The position numbers and the translations under genes were made by a program. Below, piece by piece: positions 25,585 to 35,679 of a stretch of 63,730 bases of DNA (position 1 is the stretch's first letter; each line of letters begins with the position of its first letter). The DNA comes from Firmicutes bacterium UBA4882 (GTDB lineage: Bacteria; Bacillota; UBA4882), in contig DHDG01000031.1 in NCBI GenBank assembly GCA_002399265.1, positions 1-63,730 of the forward strand. The letters run 5' to 3'. The notes below the pieces were generated by a model. That model made no database searches, was not told where the DNA came from, and was given only the letters and a program-made list of their open reading frames with translations.

Positions 25585-25701
25585 TTGATCGTAATTTCTC
25601 TTCCTGGACTCAAAAGGAAAGTGTGGCCGGTGCTTAGAGTTCTGCTATTCTGCGGACTGGCCGGCGTCGGGTTTGCACTTTTAAAAAGGCTTATTCATTA
25701 G
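25585..25701 (+). CDS. Small hypothetical membrane protein (38 aa), below the ORF-track cutoff
   Basis: SD GGGGAGGGG, then TTG start. Product LIVISLPGLKRKVWPVLRVLLFCGLAGVGFALLKRLIH. An intrinsic terminator follows directly. Confidence 0.45.
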   Translation: MIVISLPGLKRKVWPVLRVLLFCGLAGVGFALLKRLIH

Positions 25702-25714
25702 GCTGGACCACCTG

Positions 25715-25739
25715 ACAGGCCGTTTGGGCCTGTTTTTTA
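25715..25739 (+). terminator. Intrinsic terminator
   Basis: ACAGGCC-gtttg-GGCCTGT followed by TTTTT. Confidence 0.75.
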
Positions 25740-25838
25740 TGATTCACTCCCAGAGATTAACGTGCACTTAAAAAAGGAAAAGGCGTCACATCAGCGAAAT
25801 ATGACTTAACTTTGGTAAGTTCGACAGGGAGTGGAAGA

Positions 25839-26723
25839 ATGCAAGCTTTGCTGCAAAATTTCCTTGCATATCTTGCGGTGGAAAGAGGGCTGGCAGATAA
25901 CACCATTCAGTCTTATGGCAGGGACCTCAAAAATTATGCTACCTATTTGGCAAACAAAAAAATGACGATCAATAGTGTTACTCAAACCTCAATCATATCC
26001 TACCTTTTGCACCTTCAGGGAAAGGGGCTTGCCACAGCCTCAGTTTCTCGCAATCTCGCTTCATTGAAATCCTTTTTTCATTTTCTCGTGCGAGAAAATG
26101 TGCTAAGCAGCGATCCAACGCTTAATCTTGAATCTCCGAAGCAACAGAAAAAATTGCCGCAGGTGCTGACGACCAATGAAGTATCTCAGTTGTTGTCAAT
26201 TCCAGATCTCAAAACCGTCGCCGGTCTGCGCGACAAGGCCATGCTGGAAATGTTATATGCCACTGGCTTGAGAGTATCGGAATTAACCGGTCTGGACTGC
26301 AAAGATGTGGATCTCGAATTTGGCTATGTAAAGTGCCTCGGAAAAGGTTCCAAAGAGCGCATTGTGCCATTAGGCTCAGTGGCCATCCGGGTTTTAAAGG
26401 ATTATCTGAAGCGCGGAAGGCCGGAGCTTGTTTCTGCTGCTGGATGCGAAGCGATTTTTCTGAATCACCATGGAAAGCGTTTAACCAGACAAGGTTTTTG
26501 GAAAATTATTAAAAAATACGCCGAGAGTCTGGGTACTGAGAAAACCATTACTCCGCATACTTTACGACATTCGTTTGCGACACACTTACTGGAAAACGGG
26601 GCGGACCTGCGGGCTGTTCAGGAAATGCTGGGACATGCTGACATTTCCACGACACAGATCTATACGCACTTAACTCGTAGTAGGCTGCGCAAGGTTTACG
26701 ACCAAACGCACCCGCGCGCCTGA
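25839..26723 (+). CDS. xerD: Site-specific tyrosine recombinase XerD
   Basis: Motifs ATGLRVSEL, HTLRHSFATHLL and GHADISTTQIYTH. ATG 25839 is in frame with the ORF from 25812. Confidence 0.92.
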   Translation: MQALLQNFLAYLAVERGLADNTIQSYGRDLKNYATYLANKKMTINSVTQTSIISYLLHLQGKGLATASVSRNLASLKSFFHFLVRENVLSSDPTLNLESPKQQKKLPQVLTTNEVSQLLSIPDLKTVAGLRDKAMLEMLYATGLRVSELTGLDCKDVDLEFGYVKCLGKGSKERIVPLGSVAIRVLKDYLKRGRPELVSAAGCEAIFLNHHGKRLTRQGFWKIIKKYAESLGTEKTITPHTLRHSFATHLLENGADLRAVQEMLGHADISTTQIYTHLTRSRLRKVYDQTHPRA

Positions 26724-26728
26724 CGTGA

Positions 26729-26801
26729 CACAAAGGGACGGTTCTTTTGTGTCACAAAGGAGTCAAAAACACAAGGGACACAAAAGAACCGTCCCTTTGT
26801 G
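26729..26801. repeat. Perfect 25-bp inverted repeat with a 23-nt spacer, between xerD and deoB
   Basis: CACAAAGGGACGGTTCTTTTGTGTC (26729-26753) is the exact reverse complement of 26777-26801. Each arm also contains its own sub-palindrome. Confidence 0.9.
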
Positions 26802-26825
26802 CTATTTGAGGGGGTCGACACGGTG

Positions 26826-28004
26826 ATGATTGACAGAGTTTTTCTAATTGTGCTTGACGGCGTAGGTATCGGCGAGCTTCCGGATGCACAGCGCTATGGC
26901 GATATCGGCAGCGATACCATCCGAAATACTGCTCGGGCGGTCGGCGGCTTAAACTTGCCGGTGCTGGAAAGCTTTGGCCTTGGTTGTTTAGGCGACATTG
27001 AAGGGGTGCCTTGTACGGCGAACCCGGTGGCGTCCTATGGGCGCATGGCTGAGAGGTCCCCCGGGAAGGATACGACTACTGGACATTGGGAAATTGCCGG
27101 GCTCATCCTGGATCAGCCTTTTCCGGTTTATCCGAAAGGTTTTCCAGAGGATTTACTTGCCAAATTTACTAGCGTAATCGGCCGCGAGATCATTGGCAAT
27201 GAGGTCGCCTCTGGCACAGAGATTATCATGCGTCTAGGCGATGAGCATGTCAAAACTGGCAAACCGATTGTTTACACTTCAGCGGATAGTGTATTTCAGA
27301 TCGCGGCCCACGAAGATGTTATCACGGTGGATGAACTCTATAAAATCAGTGCGATGGCGAGAGCGCTGCTGACTGGCGAACATGCTGTCGGAAGGGTTAT
27401 TGCACGGCCATTTTCCGGCTCTTCCGGAAATTATGCGCGCACTGCGCGCCGCAAGGACTTTTCATTAACTCCTATCGCGGAAACCATGCTTGATCGGCTG
27501 TGTACCCGCGGGTTTGAAGTATATGGGATTGGGAAAATCGACGACATCTTTGCCAACAGAGGGCTGACTGGGTCGAATCATACTACCGACAACGCTGCGA
27601 CCTTACAGGCTATTCTGGAACGTACTGCGGTGGATTTTAAGGGCTTGGTTTTTGCGAATTGCATTGATTTTGACATGCTTTACGGTCATCGCAATGATTA
27701 TCGGGGATTTGCCCAAGCTTTGGAACGAGTGGATGCGGAGTTGCTAAAAATTCAGCAAGCCTTAACGCCACGGGATTTAATGATCATCACCGCCGATCAC
27801 GGTGTTGATCCGACCACTCCCAGCACAGATCATTCGCGCGAACATGTGCCGCTACTAGCCTATTGCTCTGGAGTCCCTGGGGTTAACCTGGGCACCAGAA
27901 ACAGCTTTGGCGATATTGCCGCTACAATAATGGAATTGTTTGGTGTCGGGCCATGGCCGGTCGGCGAATCGTTTGCCAATGTGTTTCAGCATCATAAGGG
28001 GTGA
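26826..28004 (+). CDS. deoB: Phosphopentomutase
   Basis: Motifs [25 protein letters not shown] and [21 protein letters not shown] 26823 is also in frame. Confidence 0.93.
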   Translation: MIDRVFLIVLDGVGIGELPDAQRYGDIGSDTIRNTARAVGGLNLPVLESFGLGCLGDIEGVPCTANPVASYGRMAERSPGKDTTTGHWEIAGLILDQPFPVYPKGFPEDLLAKFTSVIGREIIGNEVASGTEIIMRLGDEHVKTGKPIVYTSADSVFQIAAHEDVITVDELYKISAMARALLTGEHAVGRVIARPFSGSSGNYARTARRKDFSLTPIAETMLDRLCTRGFEVYGIGKIDDIFANRGLTGSNHTTDNAATLQAILERTAVDFKGLVFANCIDFDMLYGHRNDYRGFAQALERVDAELLKIQQALTPRDLMIITADHGVDPTTPSTDHSREHVPLLAYCSGVPGVNLGTRNSFGDIAATIMELFGVGPWPVGESFANVFQHHKG

Positions 28005-28009
28005 TTAGG

Positions 28010-29317
28010 ATGCGTGCATATGAATTTATCCTGGCCAAGAGAATGGGGCGGACCCATACTGCGGCAGAGATTGTTGATTTTATTAATGGCTATGTGGACG
28101 GTCGTATTTCGGATGCGCAAGCCGCCGCATGGTGTATGGCGGTCTATTTTAATAAACTATCATGCGCCGAGATGGCGGCCCTCACCAAAGCGATGGTTGA
28201 GTCCGGAGACCGCATTGATTTAGGTGCCATTAAAGGGATCAAAGTTGATAAACATAGCACCGGCGGCGTTGGTGATAAAACCACACTGGTCCTCGGCCCT
28301 ATGATTGCCGCGATTGGCTTGCCATTTGCCAAAATGTCGGGGCGAGGTTTGGGGCATACCGGCGGAACGCTTGATAAACTAGAGTCCATTCCCGGAATGA
28401 CTGTGGAAATGGATCGCGCCCGTTTCGTCAGGCAGGTTGATAAAGTCGGGCTGGCGGTTGTTGGGCAGACTGGCAATCTTGTACCGGCCGACAAGAAACT
28501 TTATGCTTTGAGAGATGAAACTGCCACTGTGGAAGAAACCGGACTGATTGCCGCCAGCATTATGAGCAAAAAGATTGCTGCCGGGGCAGATGCCATTGTG
28601 CTCGATGTTAAATGCGGGCGAGGCGCTTTTATGGGTACACTACCTGAAGCCCGGAACCTTGCCGAAGCCATGGTTCATATCGGTAATTCATTTGGCCGCA
28701 AGACCGCAGCCATTATTAGCAGCATGGATCAGCCGCTCGGCAGAGCGATTGGCAATGCGCTGGAAGTAAGAGAAGCAATTGAGACTCTTACTGGCGGTGG
28801 ACCGGAGGATTTGCGGGAATTATGTCTGGTACTGGGCTCGAAAATGGCTGTCCTGGGCGGAATCTGTCACGAACTTGCTGAGGCACGATTATTACTGGAA
28901 AAGACACTGAATAGCGGAACGGCTTTTGAAAAGCTGCGCCTGCTTGTGCAAGAGCAGGGCGGAGATGTGAAGGTGATTGATCATCCGGAATGGTTGCCGA
29001 GTGCGGCTCGCCTGGAAGAAGTTCTGGCACCTGTCTCCGGCACAGTAAAGGCCATTGATAGTCTTGCGCTGGGCCTTTCCGGTATGGCTTTGGGTTCCGG
29101 GAGGGAGCGCAAGGAAGACGCCATCGATTATGCTGTTGGGATTGTAATCAACAAAAAAGCTGGTCAGAAGGTTAATCGAGGCGATTCATTGGCTACTTTG
29201 CATTATAATAGCGATGCCAGATTGGAAGCGGCTCGTGCCCGTGTTTTGGAAGCATTCCAAGTCACGCAGGAACCCGATGTGGCTGAACCGCCCCTGATTC
29301 TCGGCACCGTTGAATAA
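28010..29317 (+). CDS. pdp: Pyrimidine-nucleoside (thymidine) phosphorylase
   Basis: Motifs [12 protein letters not shown] and [16 protein letters not shown]. Confidence 0.93.
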   Translation: MRAYEFILAKRMGRTHTAAEIVDFINGYVDGRISDAQAAAWCMAVYFNKLSCAEMAALTKAMVESGDRIDLGAIKGIKVDKHSTGGVGDKTTLVLGPMIAAIGLPFAKMSGRGLGHTGGTLDKLESIPGMTVEMDRARFVRQVDKVGLAVVGQTGNLVPADKKLYALRDETATVEETGLIAASIMSKKIAAGADAIVLDVKCGRGAFMGTLPEARNLAEAMVHIGNSFGRKTAAIISSMDQPLGRAIGNALEVREAIETLTGGGPEDLRELCLVLGSKMAVLGGICHELAEARLLLEKTLNSGTAFEKLRLLVQEQGGDVKVIDHPEWLPSAARLEEVLAPVSGTVKAIDSLALGLSGMALGSGRERKEDAIDYAVGIVINKKAGQKVNRGDSLATLHYNSDARLEAARARVLEAFQVTQEPDVAEPPLILGTVE

Positions 29318-29322
29318 CGCAG

Positions 29323-29345
29323 ACCGCCCTACGGGGCGGTTTTTC
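29323..29345 (+). terminator. Intrinsic terminator
   Basis: ACCGCCC-tacg-GGGCGGT followed by TTTT. Confidence 0.8.
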
Positions 29346-29347
29346 TA

Positions 29348-29377
29348 TTGGATGCGAAAAAACATTAATCGTAATAT
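29348..29377 (+). promoter_or_regulatory. Candidate sigma-A promoter of fhs
   Basis: TTGGAT, 18 nt, TAATAT. About 80 nt upstream of the fhs ATG. Confidence 0.4.
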
Positions 29378-29459
29378 GAAGGGAAAGGGACAAAAGAAAA
29401 GAAGTGAGGAATTTAGGTTGGTTTTTGTTTCTAATAATAAATCATGCCGGAGGTGCACG

Positions 29460-31127
29460 ATGAAGAGCGACATTCAGATTTCACAAGAAGCCAAAATGCA
29501 GCACATTGAGGAAATTGCCTCCAAAGTAGAAATTGACGCCGACTATCTTGACCTTTACGGGAAATACAAGGCCAAGGTGAATTTGGGCTTAGCGGATCGG
29601 CTACGCTCAAAACCGGATGGCAAACTGATTTTCGTGACTGCGATGACGCCTACTGCGGCGGGCGAGGGCAAGACCACTACGGTAGTTGGTTTGACCCAGG
29701 CATTAGGTAAGCTTGGGAAAAAAGTGATGTGTTGTCTGCGCGAGCCGTCACTGGGCCCGACGTTTGGTATGAAAGGTGGCGCTGCTGGCGGCGGCTATTC
29801 TCAGGTGGTTCCGATGGAGGATATTAATCTACATTTTACTGGTGATATTCATGCGGTCGGCATGGCCAACAATCTGCTGGCGGCCATGATTGATAATCAC
29901 ATTGCCGCCGGCAATCAGTCCGACATTGATGAACGCCGTATTGTCTGGAAACGCGCCATTGATGTCAATGATCGCCAACTACGGCAGATCGTTACCGGCC
30001 TTGGCGGGCGCACTAATGGCATTTTGACGGAATCCGGATTTGAGATCACAGCCGCTTCCGAAGTAATGGCGGTGCTATGTCTGAGCCGCAGTATTGCTGA
30101 TCTAAAGCTTCGCCTTGGTCGTATGATCGCCGCTCATAACAAAAAAGGGCTGCCCGTGACAGCCGGTGACTTAAATGCCGCCGGTGCAATGGCCATCCTG
30201 CTCAAGGATGCTCTGAAGCCTAATCTGGTACAGACACTGGAAGGGCAACCCGCCTTTATCCATGGCGGTCCCTTTGCCAATATTGCTCACGGCAATAATT
30301 CCGTCATCGCCACCAAGACGGCACTTAAGTTGAGCGACTATGTAATCACCGAAGGCGGATTTGCCTCCGAACTGGGAGCAGAGAAGTTTTTTGATATAGT
30401 TTGCCCGTTAGGCAATATTAGGCCTGCGGCGGCGGTTCTGGTAGTATCGGTGCGGGCACTGAAGCTGCAGGGTGGCGCATCCCGCAAAAATCTATCCGCC
30501 GTGAATTTGGACTCTCTGGAGAGAGGCTTTGCCAATATGCGCAAACATCTTGATAATTTAAAGGCTTTCGGGGTGCCGGCGGTGGTGGCAATTAACCGTT
30601 TTTCCGACGATAGTGTGCAGGAATTGGACGCCATTATTGCAGAATGCAATCGCTTGGGTGTTCTAAGCGCCGTGTCGGAAGTGGTCGCACAAGGCGGACA
30701 GGGCGGACTTGATTTAGCAGAGAAAGTTCTGACCGCCTGCGAAAAGGAGAGTCATTTTGCCCCGCTGTTTTCAGGTGGTGAAACCATCAGTGGTCGTTTG
30801 GATACGCTGGCGAAGCGCCTTTATGGCGGAGTGGGGGTCGAGTTATTGCCGCTGGCGGAGACGCAGTTGGAGAAGATTGACGCCATGGGCTATGGCCACC
30901 TACCGGTCTGCGTAGCAAAAACCCAGTATTCCCTGTCCGACAATCCGGCGCTGTCAGGTGCTCCGACAGGCTGGACACTCAAAGTGCGGGAATTAAAAGT
31001 ATCAGCCGGAGCGGGATTTGTTGTGGCCTTGGCTGGTAACATCATGACCCTGCCTGGGCTGCCCAAAGAACCTGCGGCTGCGCAAATGGATATTAACGGA
31101 GAAGGACTCGTGTCCGGGTTGTCCTAA
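29460..31127 (+). CDS. fhs: Formate-tetrahydrofolate ligase
   Basis: Starts MKSDIQISQEAKM. Motifs PTAAGEGKTT and EGGFASELGAEKF. SD GGAGGTG. The 5' extension of the ORF back to 29310 crosses the pdp terminator. Confidence 0.95.
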   Translation: MKSDIQISQEAKMQHIEEIASKVEIDADYLDLYGKYKAKVNLGLADRLRSKPDGKLIFVTAMTPTAAGEGKTTTVVGLTQALGKLGKKVMCCLREPSLGPTFGMKGGAAGGGYSQVVPMEDINLHFTGDIHAVGMANNLLAAMIDNHIAAGNQSDIDERRIVWKRAIDVNDRQLRQIVTGLGGRTNGILTESGFEITAASEVMAVLCLSRSIADLKLRLGRMIAAHNKKGLPVTAGDLNAAGAMAILLKDALKPNLVQTLEGQPAFIHGGPFANIAHGNNSVIATKTALKLSDYVITEGGFASELGAEKFFDIVCPLGNIRPAAAVLVVSVRALKLQGGASRKNLSAVNLDSLERGFANMRKHLDNLKAFGVPAVVAINRFSDDSVQELDAIIAECNRLGVLSAVSEVVAQGGQGGLDLAEKVLTACEKESHFAPLFSGGETISGRLDTLAKRLYGGVGVELLPLAETQLEKIDAMGYGHLPVCVAKTQYSLSDNPALSGAPTGWTLKVRELKVSAGAGFVVALAGNIMTLPGLPKEPAAAQMDINGEGLVSGLS

Positions 31128-31212
31128 CGCTTTTCCGGGCTGTCTTAGCGTTCTACTGAGGAAGATTTGGAATACAATTAATCAGAGTCCTGCTGCGGAG
31201 GGAGGCTTCAGC

Positions 31213-31485
31213 TTGCTGGTACGTTCTTCTGAACTGCGGTCGCGTGAAGTGGTAAATATCAGTGACGGGCGCAGGCTCGGCCTGATCAATGATTTTGAGA
31301 TCGATATGTCTACCGGCCAAATAATGGCGGTAGTCGTACCTGGACCTTCAAAGCTGATTCGAATTTTCACACGCAGTGAAGACATGGTGATACCCTGGGA
31401 GAGAATCATCAAGATCGGTATTGATGTCATCCTGGTCGAAGCTCTCAACGGTAATCTGGAGCAACATAAAGGCAATCTGATATGA
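31213..31485 (+). CDS. YlmC/YmxH family sporulation protein (PRC barrel)
   Basis: The sequence RSSELRSREVVNISDGRRLGLINDFEID...IPWERIIKIGIDVILV is characteristic of the family. Confidence 0.88.
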   Translation: MLVRSSELRSREVVNISDGRRLGLINDFEIDMSTGQIMAVVVPGPSKLIRIFTRSEDMVIPWERIIKIGIDVILVEALNGNLEQHKGNLI

Positions 31486-31517
31486 AGTAGTTTGCAGCAT
31501 TTCGACTGGTAGTTTGA

Positions 31518-31567
31518 GCCGCAGGCGAGTTTGAGTTCAGCTCAGACTGCGCCCGCGGCTTTTTTTG
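31518..31567 (+). terminator. Intrinsic terminator
   Basis: GCCGCAGGCG-loop-CGCCCGCGGC (one mismatch) followed by TTTTTTT. Confidence 0.65.
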
Positions 31568-31603
31568 CATTTTTGGAGGGAAAGTAACGCTGAAGGTTGA
31601 ATG

Positions 31604-31622
31604 AATTTAGTTGAACTAAATT
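31604..31622. promoter_or_regulatory. 19-bp palindrome AATTTAGTTGAACTAAATT upstream of a hypothetical membrane gene
   Basis: Perfect 9-bp arms around one central nucleotide. It lies 19 nt upstream of the ATG at 31641. Confidence 0.5.
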
Positions 31623-31640
31623 GCGAAGCGAGGGGAATTC

Positions 31641-32321
31641 ATGAACAATGTTGTCGGCGTCATACAAGCGCTGCTGTTTACCAATTTAATGCTCTTTACT
31701 ATGTTCTCCATTTTATCCTTTTTGATCAATACCTTTGGCAGGCTGAGGGCCCGCTCCAAAGCCAGCACCCCTCTTTTCGAATGGCGCCCGACCGGCCGGG
31801 AATGGCGTACCTACCTTAAGGGTAAAAGCCGCTCATATTTGCTGAGCTTCCTGCTGTTTCTGGCTATTTTCGTGGTTTTGTCGGCATTGTTTGGCGGCAA
31901 AGAAGGAAGTATCTGGTCGAGTCTCACGATGGTGGCCTCCCTGATTCCAGGAGTCGTCTTCTATGTACTCGCCGTAATTTTATCTCCAAACAAGTATACC
32001 ATTTACCCGGAAGGCATCACCTCTTTTGGCTGGCTTTACTACAACACCAGCCGCAAAGGCGAGGTAATCACAGAAGCCAAGGTGGGCTTTCAACCTTGGA
32101 CCAAATTCAGCGGTTACCAATGGGACGGAGATATTTTGCTACTCAAGACGCAATTTGCTTTTACCGAAATAGTTGCCGGACAGCACAAGGGGCGCGTGCG
32201 CGATCTGTTACGGGAATGTCTTAAAGAAGCTTCTAAAAGCAAACAGCGCTCCAATAAACAGCAAAAAATCGAGAGCGATCAGGTCAATTCCGATACAGGT
32301 AATTCAGATCAGAAATCCTGA
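31641..32321 (+). CDS. Hypothetical membrane protein with a soluble C-terminal domain and a K/Q/S-rich tail
   Basis: SD GAGGGGA plus ATG. About 4 TM segments. No family recognised. Confidence 0.7.
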   Translation: MNNVVGVIQALLFTNLMLFTMFSILSFLINTFGRLRARSKASTPLFEWRPTGREWRTYLKGKSRSYLLSFLLFLAIFVVLSALFGGKEGSIWSSLTMVASLIPGVVFYVLAVILSPNKYTIYPEGITSFGWLYYNTSRKGEVITEAKVGFQPWTKFSGYQWDGDILLLKTQFAFTEIVAGQHKGRVRDLLRECLKEASKSKQRSNKQQKIESDQVNSDTGNSDQKS

Positions 32322-32334
32322 GAGGTGAGCTTTG

Positions 32335-33834
32335 ATGGATTCTTATATCTTGGCCATTGATCAGGGGACGACCGGTACTACAGTGATCCTTTTTGATACT
32401 TCCTGCAAAATGATTGCCAGATCTTATCAGGAAATCAAGCAGTATTATCCCGAACCTGGCTGGGTGGAACATGATCCGGAAGAGATCTGGCGCAGCGTTA
32501 CGGTGGCAATTGCTGACACGATCGCGGAGGCGGGCATCGAAGCACGACAGATTATCGCTTTGGGTATCACTAATCAGCGCGAAACGACGCTGCTTTGGAA
32601 TAAGGATACCGGAAAACCTTATTGTCGTGCCATTGTCTGGCAATGCCGGCGCACAACCCCGATCTGCGAGCAGTTGAAAAAAATGGGTTTGGCTAATGAT
32701 GTCTCGCAGCGGACAGGCCTGATTATCGACCCCTATTTTTCCGGAACTAAGCTGCAATGGATTTTGGACCACAATGACACTGCCCGCAGCGATGCCAACC
32801 AAGGGAAAGCTTTATTTGGCACGGTGGATTCCTGGCTTATTTGGAAACTAACCGGAGGGCAAGTGCACGCCACCGACTATTCCAACGCTTCGCGTACCAT
32901 GCTGATGAATTTGCGGGGCGAGTGGGACGACGGCTTACTCAAGTGTTTACGCATTCCGAAAAGCGTTTTGCCGGAGCTGCGGGATTCGATCGGATGTTTC
33001 GGCAAGACCGTTCAAAACGGGGCTATTCCTGCCGGAATTCCGATTTGCGGCGTAGCCGGTGATCAGCAGGCGGCTTTATTTGGGCAGAATTGCTTTGAGC
33101 CTGGCACTGCCAAAAACACTTATGGCACAGGTTGTTTTATCCTGATGAATACCGGAGAAAAGCCGGTCGCTTCGTCTAAACTGCTGAGCACAGTCGCATG
33201 GGGCCGAAACGGCAAACTTACTTATGCGCTGGAAGGCAGTGTTTTCACCGCTGGCGCGGCAATCAAGTGGCTGCGGGATGGTCTGCGGATTATCACCAGT
33301 GCGGCGGATTCGGAATTCATCGCCAAAGAAGTACCCGATTCCGGCGGCGTCTATTTTGTTCCCGCCTTTGTGGGCCTGGGCGCTCCCTACTGGGACGCGG
33401 ATGCCAGAGGAACTATTGTTGGGATTACACAAGGCACCGATTACCGACATATTATTCGTTCCGCTCTGGAGGCGATTGCCTATCAATCCAGAGATGTCTT
33501 TGATGTGATGGTTGCGGATTCCGGAGTGCCTCTCAAACATCTGCGAGTGGATGGAGGCGCTTCCGCCAATAATTTCCTGATGCAGTTCCAAGCTGATATT
33601 CTTGATATTGTCGTCGAACGTCCCGCGCTTGTGGAAACCACTGCCCAAGGTGCCGCTTTCATGGCTGGGATGGGTGCCGGAGTTTTTAAAGATTATAAGG
33701 ATATCGTGGCAGGATGGCATTCCGACAGGATTTTTTCTCCCCGCATGAATTCGCACGAACGGGAGAAACTTTATGCTGACTGGCACGCGGCCGTTGCCAG
33801 GGTATTATCATCGCAATCGTCCTGGGGCATATGA
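32335..33834 (+). CDS. glpK: Glycerol kinase
   Basis: Motifs ILAIDQGTTGT, GITNQRETT, YFSGTKL and GDQQAALFGQ. Confidence 0.95.
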   Translation: MDSYILAIDQGTTGTTVILFDTSCKMIARSYQEIKQYYPEPGWVEHDPEEIWRSVTVAIADTIAEAGIEARQIIALGITNQRETTLLWNKDTGKPYCRAIVWQCRRTTPICEQLKKMGLANDVSQRTGLIIDPYFSGTKLQWILDHNDTARSDANQGKALFGTVDSWLIWKLTGGQVHATDYSNASRTMLMNLRGEWDDGLLKCLRIPKSVLPELRDSIGCFGKTVQNGAIPAGIPICGVAGDQQAALFGQNCFEPGTAKNTYGTGCFILMNTGEKPVASSKLLSTVAWGRNGKLTYALEGSVFTAGAAIKWLRDGLRIITSAADSEFIAKEVPDSGGVYFVPAFVGLGAPYWDADARGTIVGITQGTDYRHIIRSALEAIAYQSRDVFDVMVADSGVPLKHLRVDGGASANNFLMQFQADILDIVVERPALVETTAQGAAFMAGMGAGVFKDYKDIVAGWHSDRIFSPRMNSHEREKLYADWHAAVARVLSSQSSWGI

Positions 33835-33873
33835 GGCATATCAGAGTGAGCGTTTGAGTTTCAGGAGGCAGCA

Positions 33874-34302
33874 ATGGAGACAATCGGAATTATCGTGACA
33901 ACCGAAGGACAGTTTGCTCAGGTGAAGACCACGCGCCACGTCAGCTGTAATCGCTGCGGTGCCTGTGGGTTGGGCGTAACCGGCTCTGATGTGGTTGTCA
34001 AAGCCAATAATGTGATCGGTGCTAAAGCAGGTGAGCAAGTGATCCTGGAAATGCGGACCGATCATGTAATGAAAGCAGCATTTTTCGGTTATATGGTTCC
34101 TCTGATATTTTTCGTGATTGGCATTGCGGCAGGCCACTATTTAACCCGCATGATCAATCCGGAGGCGCAGACAGCTTTGCCGGCCATTATCGGGGGATTC
34201 GGACTGCTTGTCTTATCCTATGTTTTTCTGCGTTATTATGATCGCCGCGCTTCAGCGCGGGGAGAGTACGAAGCCTGGGTTACCGGCTATGTCAGGGACT
34301 AG
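33874..34302 (+). CDS. RseC/MucC (SoxR-reducing system) family protein
   Basis: METIGIIV..GQFAQVKTTRHVSCNRCGACG followed by two TM segments. Confidence 0.75.
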   Translation: METIGIIVTTEGQFAQVKTTRHVSCNRCGACGLGVTGSDVVVKANNVIGAKAGEQVILEMRTDHVMKAAFFGYMVPLIFFVIGIAAGHYLTRMINPEAQTALPAIIGGFGLLVLSYVFLRYYDRRASARGEYEAWVTGYVRD

Positions 34303-35488
34303 ACTCCTGTTTGACGATATTGGAGATAACATTGGCGAAGTAGTCTGCCGCATGCAGCGCTTCTTCCAGGGTACAGTTTTCTCCGCCCATTTCGGCGATC
34401 ATTGCTTGATTGCTGAGATGCTGATTGTAGCGCGCATCGGCCTTAATAATACCGAGGGACAGACCAGGATATAAACGATCTGTCTCAGCTTTTACCTTTT
34501 CGGCAAAGGCCAGGTTTTTCTCCCAGTTAGGGTGTTCCAGACCCATGCGATTGGTCCCGATGACCAGCATTACGCGGGCGGTCCGTTCACCTTCGATCAC
34601 AGTGGAGTGCTCCAAACCTGGCGTTCCGTCACGATGTACGTCAATAACAATTTTGATGGACGGGTATTTGGCAAGGTATTCCTGTAATGTAACCTGTGAA
34701 CGCTGGTATGCCTCATGCCATGGATACTGATCATGGATCTGATCACAGTGTATGGTAGGAATCTGGTATTTGCTGTTGAGAATGTCGACCAGTCTATTAC
34801 CAACCTTGACGATATCGCCCTTTCCGTTGAATAAATGCGTTTCGCCACTGGTTGGCAGATAGCATTCCGAGGTATGGGTGTGCAGGACGAGAATCAAAGG
34901 TTCGTCCATCCTCAAAGCAGGCTTTGTGTCTTCCACAGCCGCGGCCGGTAAGGTCTGCGGCTGTTGCTGTTGTGGTTGTGATTGCTCAGAAAATGCAGTA
35001 ACCGCTATGATTGAGGATGGCGCCGTCACAGCTATTGACGTGGATCCTGCATTTTTTTTCGTGGAATCGATCTGGCTGGCGATAGCTGGCAACATTTCCC
35101 CAAACATTGGCAGTTGGGCAGCCAGGAATGTTACTGGCGTATTGCTGTCAACTCCGGAAGAGAGTTCAAACCACACAGTAGACAAGGTCGCCAGTTTGGA
35201 CGGAGGACGATCCTCTTCCGTCAGTCTGCTTGATAACCCCGGAATACCAGCATGCAATATTTCCTTGGTAATATTGGCTTCCATCCCCAAAAAGCGGCGC
35301 AGGAACTCAGCTGGCTTTTGTAGGTATCTGGTACTGTTAATGGCCAGCATTCCGCGGGCATCATGGTCGGCAGCCTCGTTATTCAGCAGCAACATAACAG
35401 CACAGGCTGTTGTCACAAACAACAAGACAAACAATGGAACCAGTACTGTCAGCAAAGGGGATTTTTTCGGCAACAAAATTGAGATCAC
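34292..35488 (-). CDS. spoIIP: Stage II sporulation protein P
   Basis: N-terminal TM segment, then LVLHTHTSECY, VIDVHRDG and IGTN motifs. Confidence 0.88.
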   Translation of the reverse strand: MISILLPKKSPLLTVLVPLFVLLFVTTACAVMLLLNNEAADHDARGMLAINSTRYLQKPAEFLRRFLGMEANITKEILHAGIPGLSSRLTEEDRPPSKLATLSTVWFELSSGVDSNTPVTFLAAQLPMFGEMLPAIASQIDSTKKNAGSTSIAVTAPSSIIAVTAFSEQSQPQQQQPQTLPAAAVEDTKPALRMDEPLILVLHTHTSECYLPTSGETHLFNGKGDIVKVGNRLVDILNSKYQIPTIHCDQIHDQYPWHEAYQRSQVTLQEYLAKYPSIKIVIDVHRDGTPGLEHSTVIEGERTARVMLVIGTNRMGLEHPNWEKNLAFAEKVKAETDRLYPGLSLGIIKADARYNQHLSNQAMIAEMGGENCTLEEALHAADYFANVISNIVKQESSP

Positions 35489-35589
35489 CTGCCCGGACGA
35501 GTTCTGAGTTATGATATCTTACGCCGGCGACCACAGCGATAGAACCATACTTAAGCTGTCCGTTATGCAGTAAGGCCGCCGGATGGTTC

Positions 35590-35619
35590 GCATAATCACC
35601 GGGCTATTAGGGGACGATG
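35590..35619 (+). promoter_or_regulatory. Candidate forespore (sigma-F/G type) promoter of dacF
   Basis: GCATA, 15 nt, GGGGACGAT. This is only a partial match to GCATR-N15-GGnRAnAnT. Confidence 0.3.
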
Positions 35620-35679
35620 AAAAAGGTAGAACGTATCATATCATTGGGTACATGTGGCGCCATTAAAGGAGGAATAGGC

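Noticed and set aside
33076-33786. 236-aa minus-strand ORF, with similar antisense ORFs at 32284..32802, 34878..35507, 8538..9125, 10285..10839, 38125..38646 and 60904..61500
   Set aside because: Each lies opposite a gene with unambiguous conserved motifs (glpK, spoIIP, hydA, aminotransferase, sigF, EF-G). None has translation signals.
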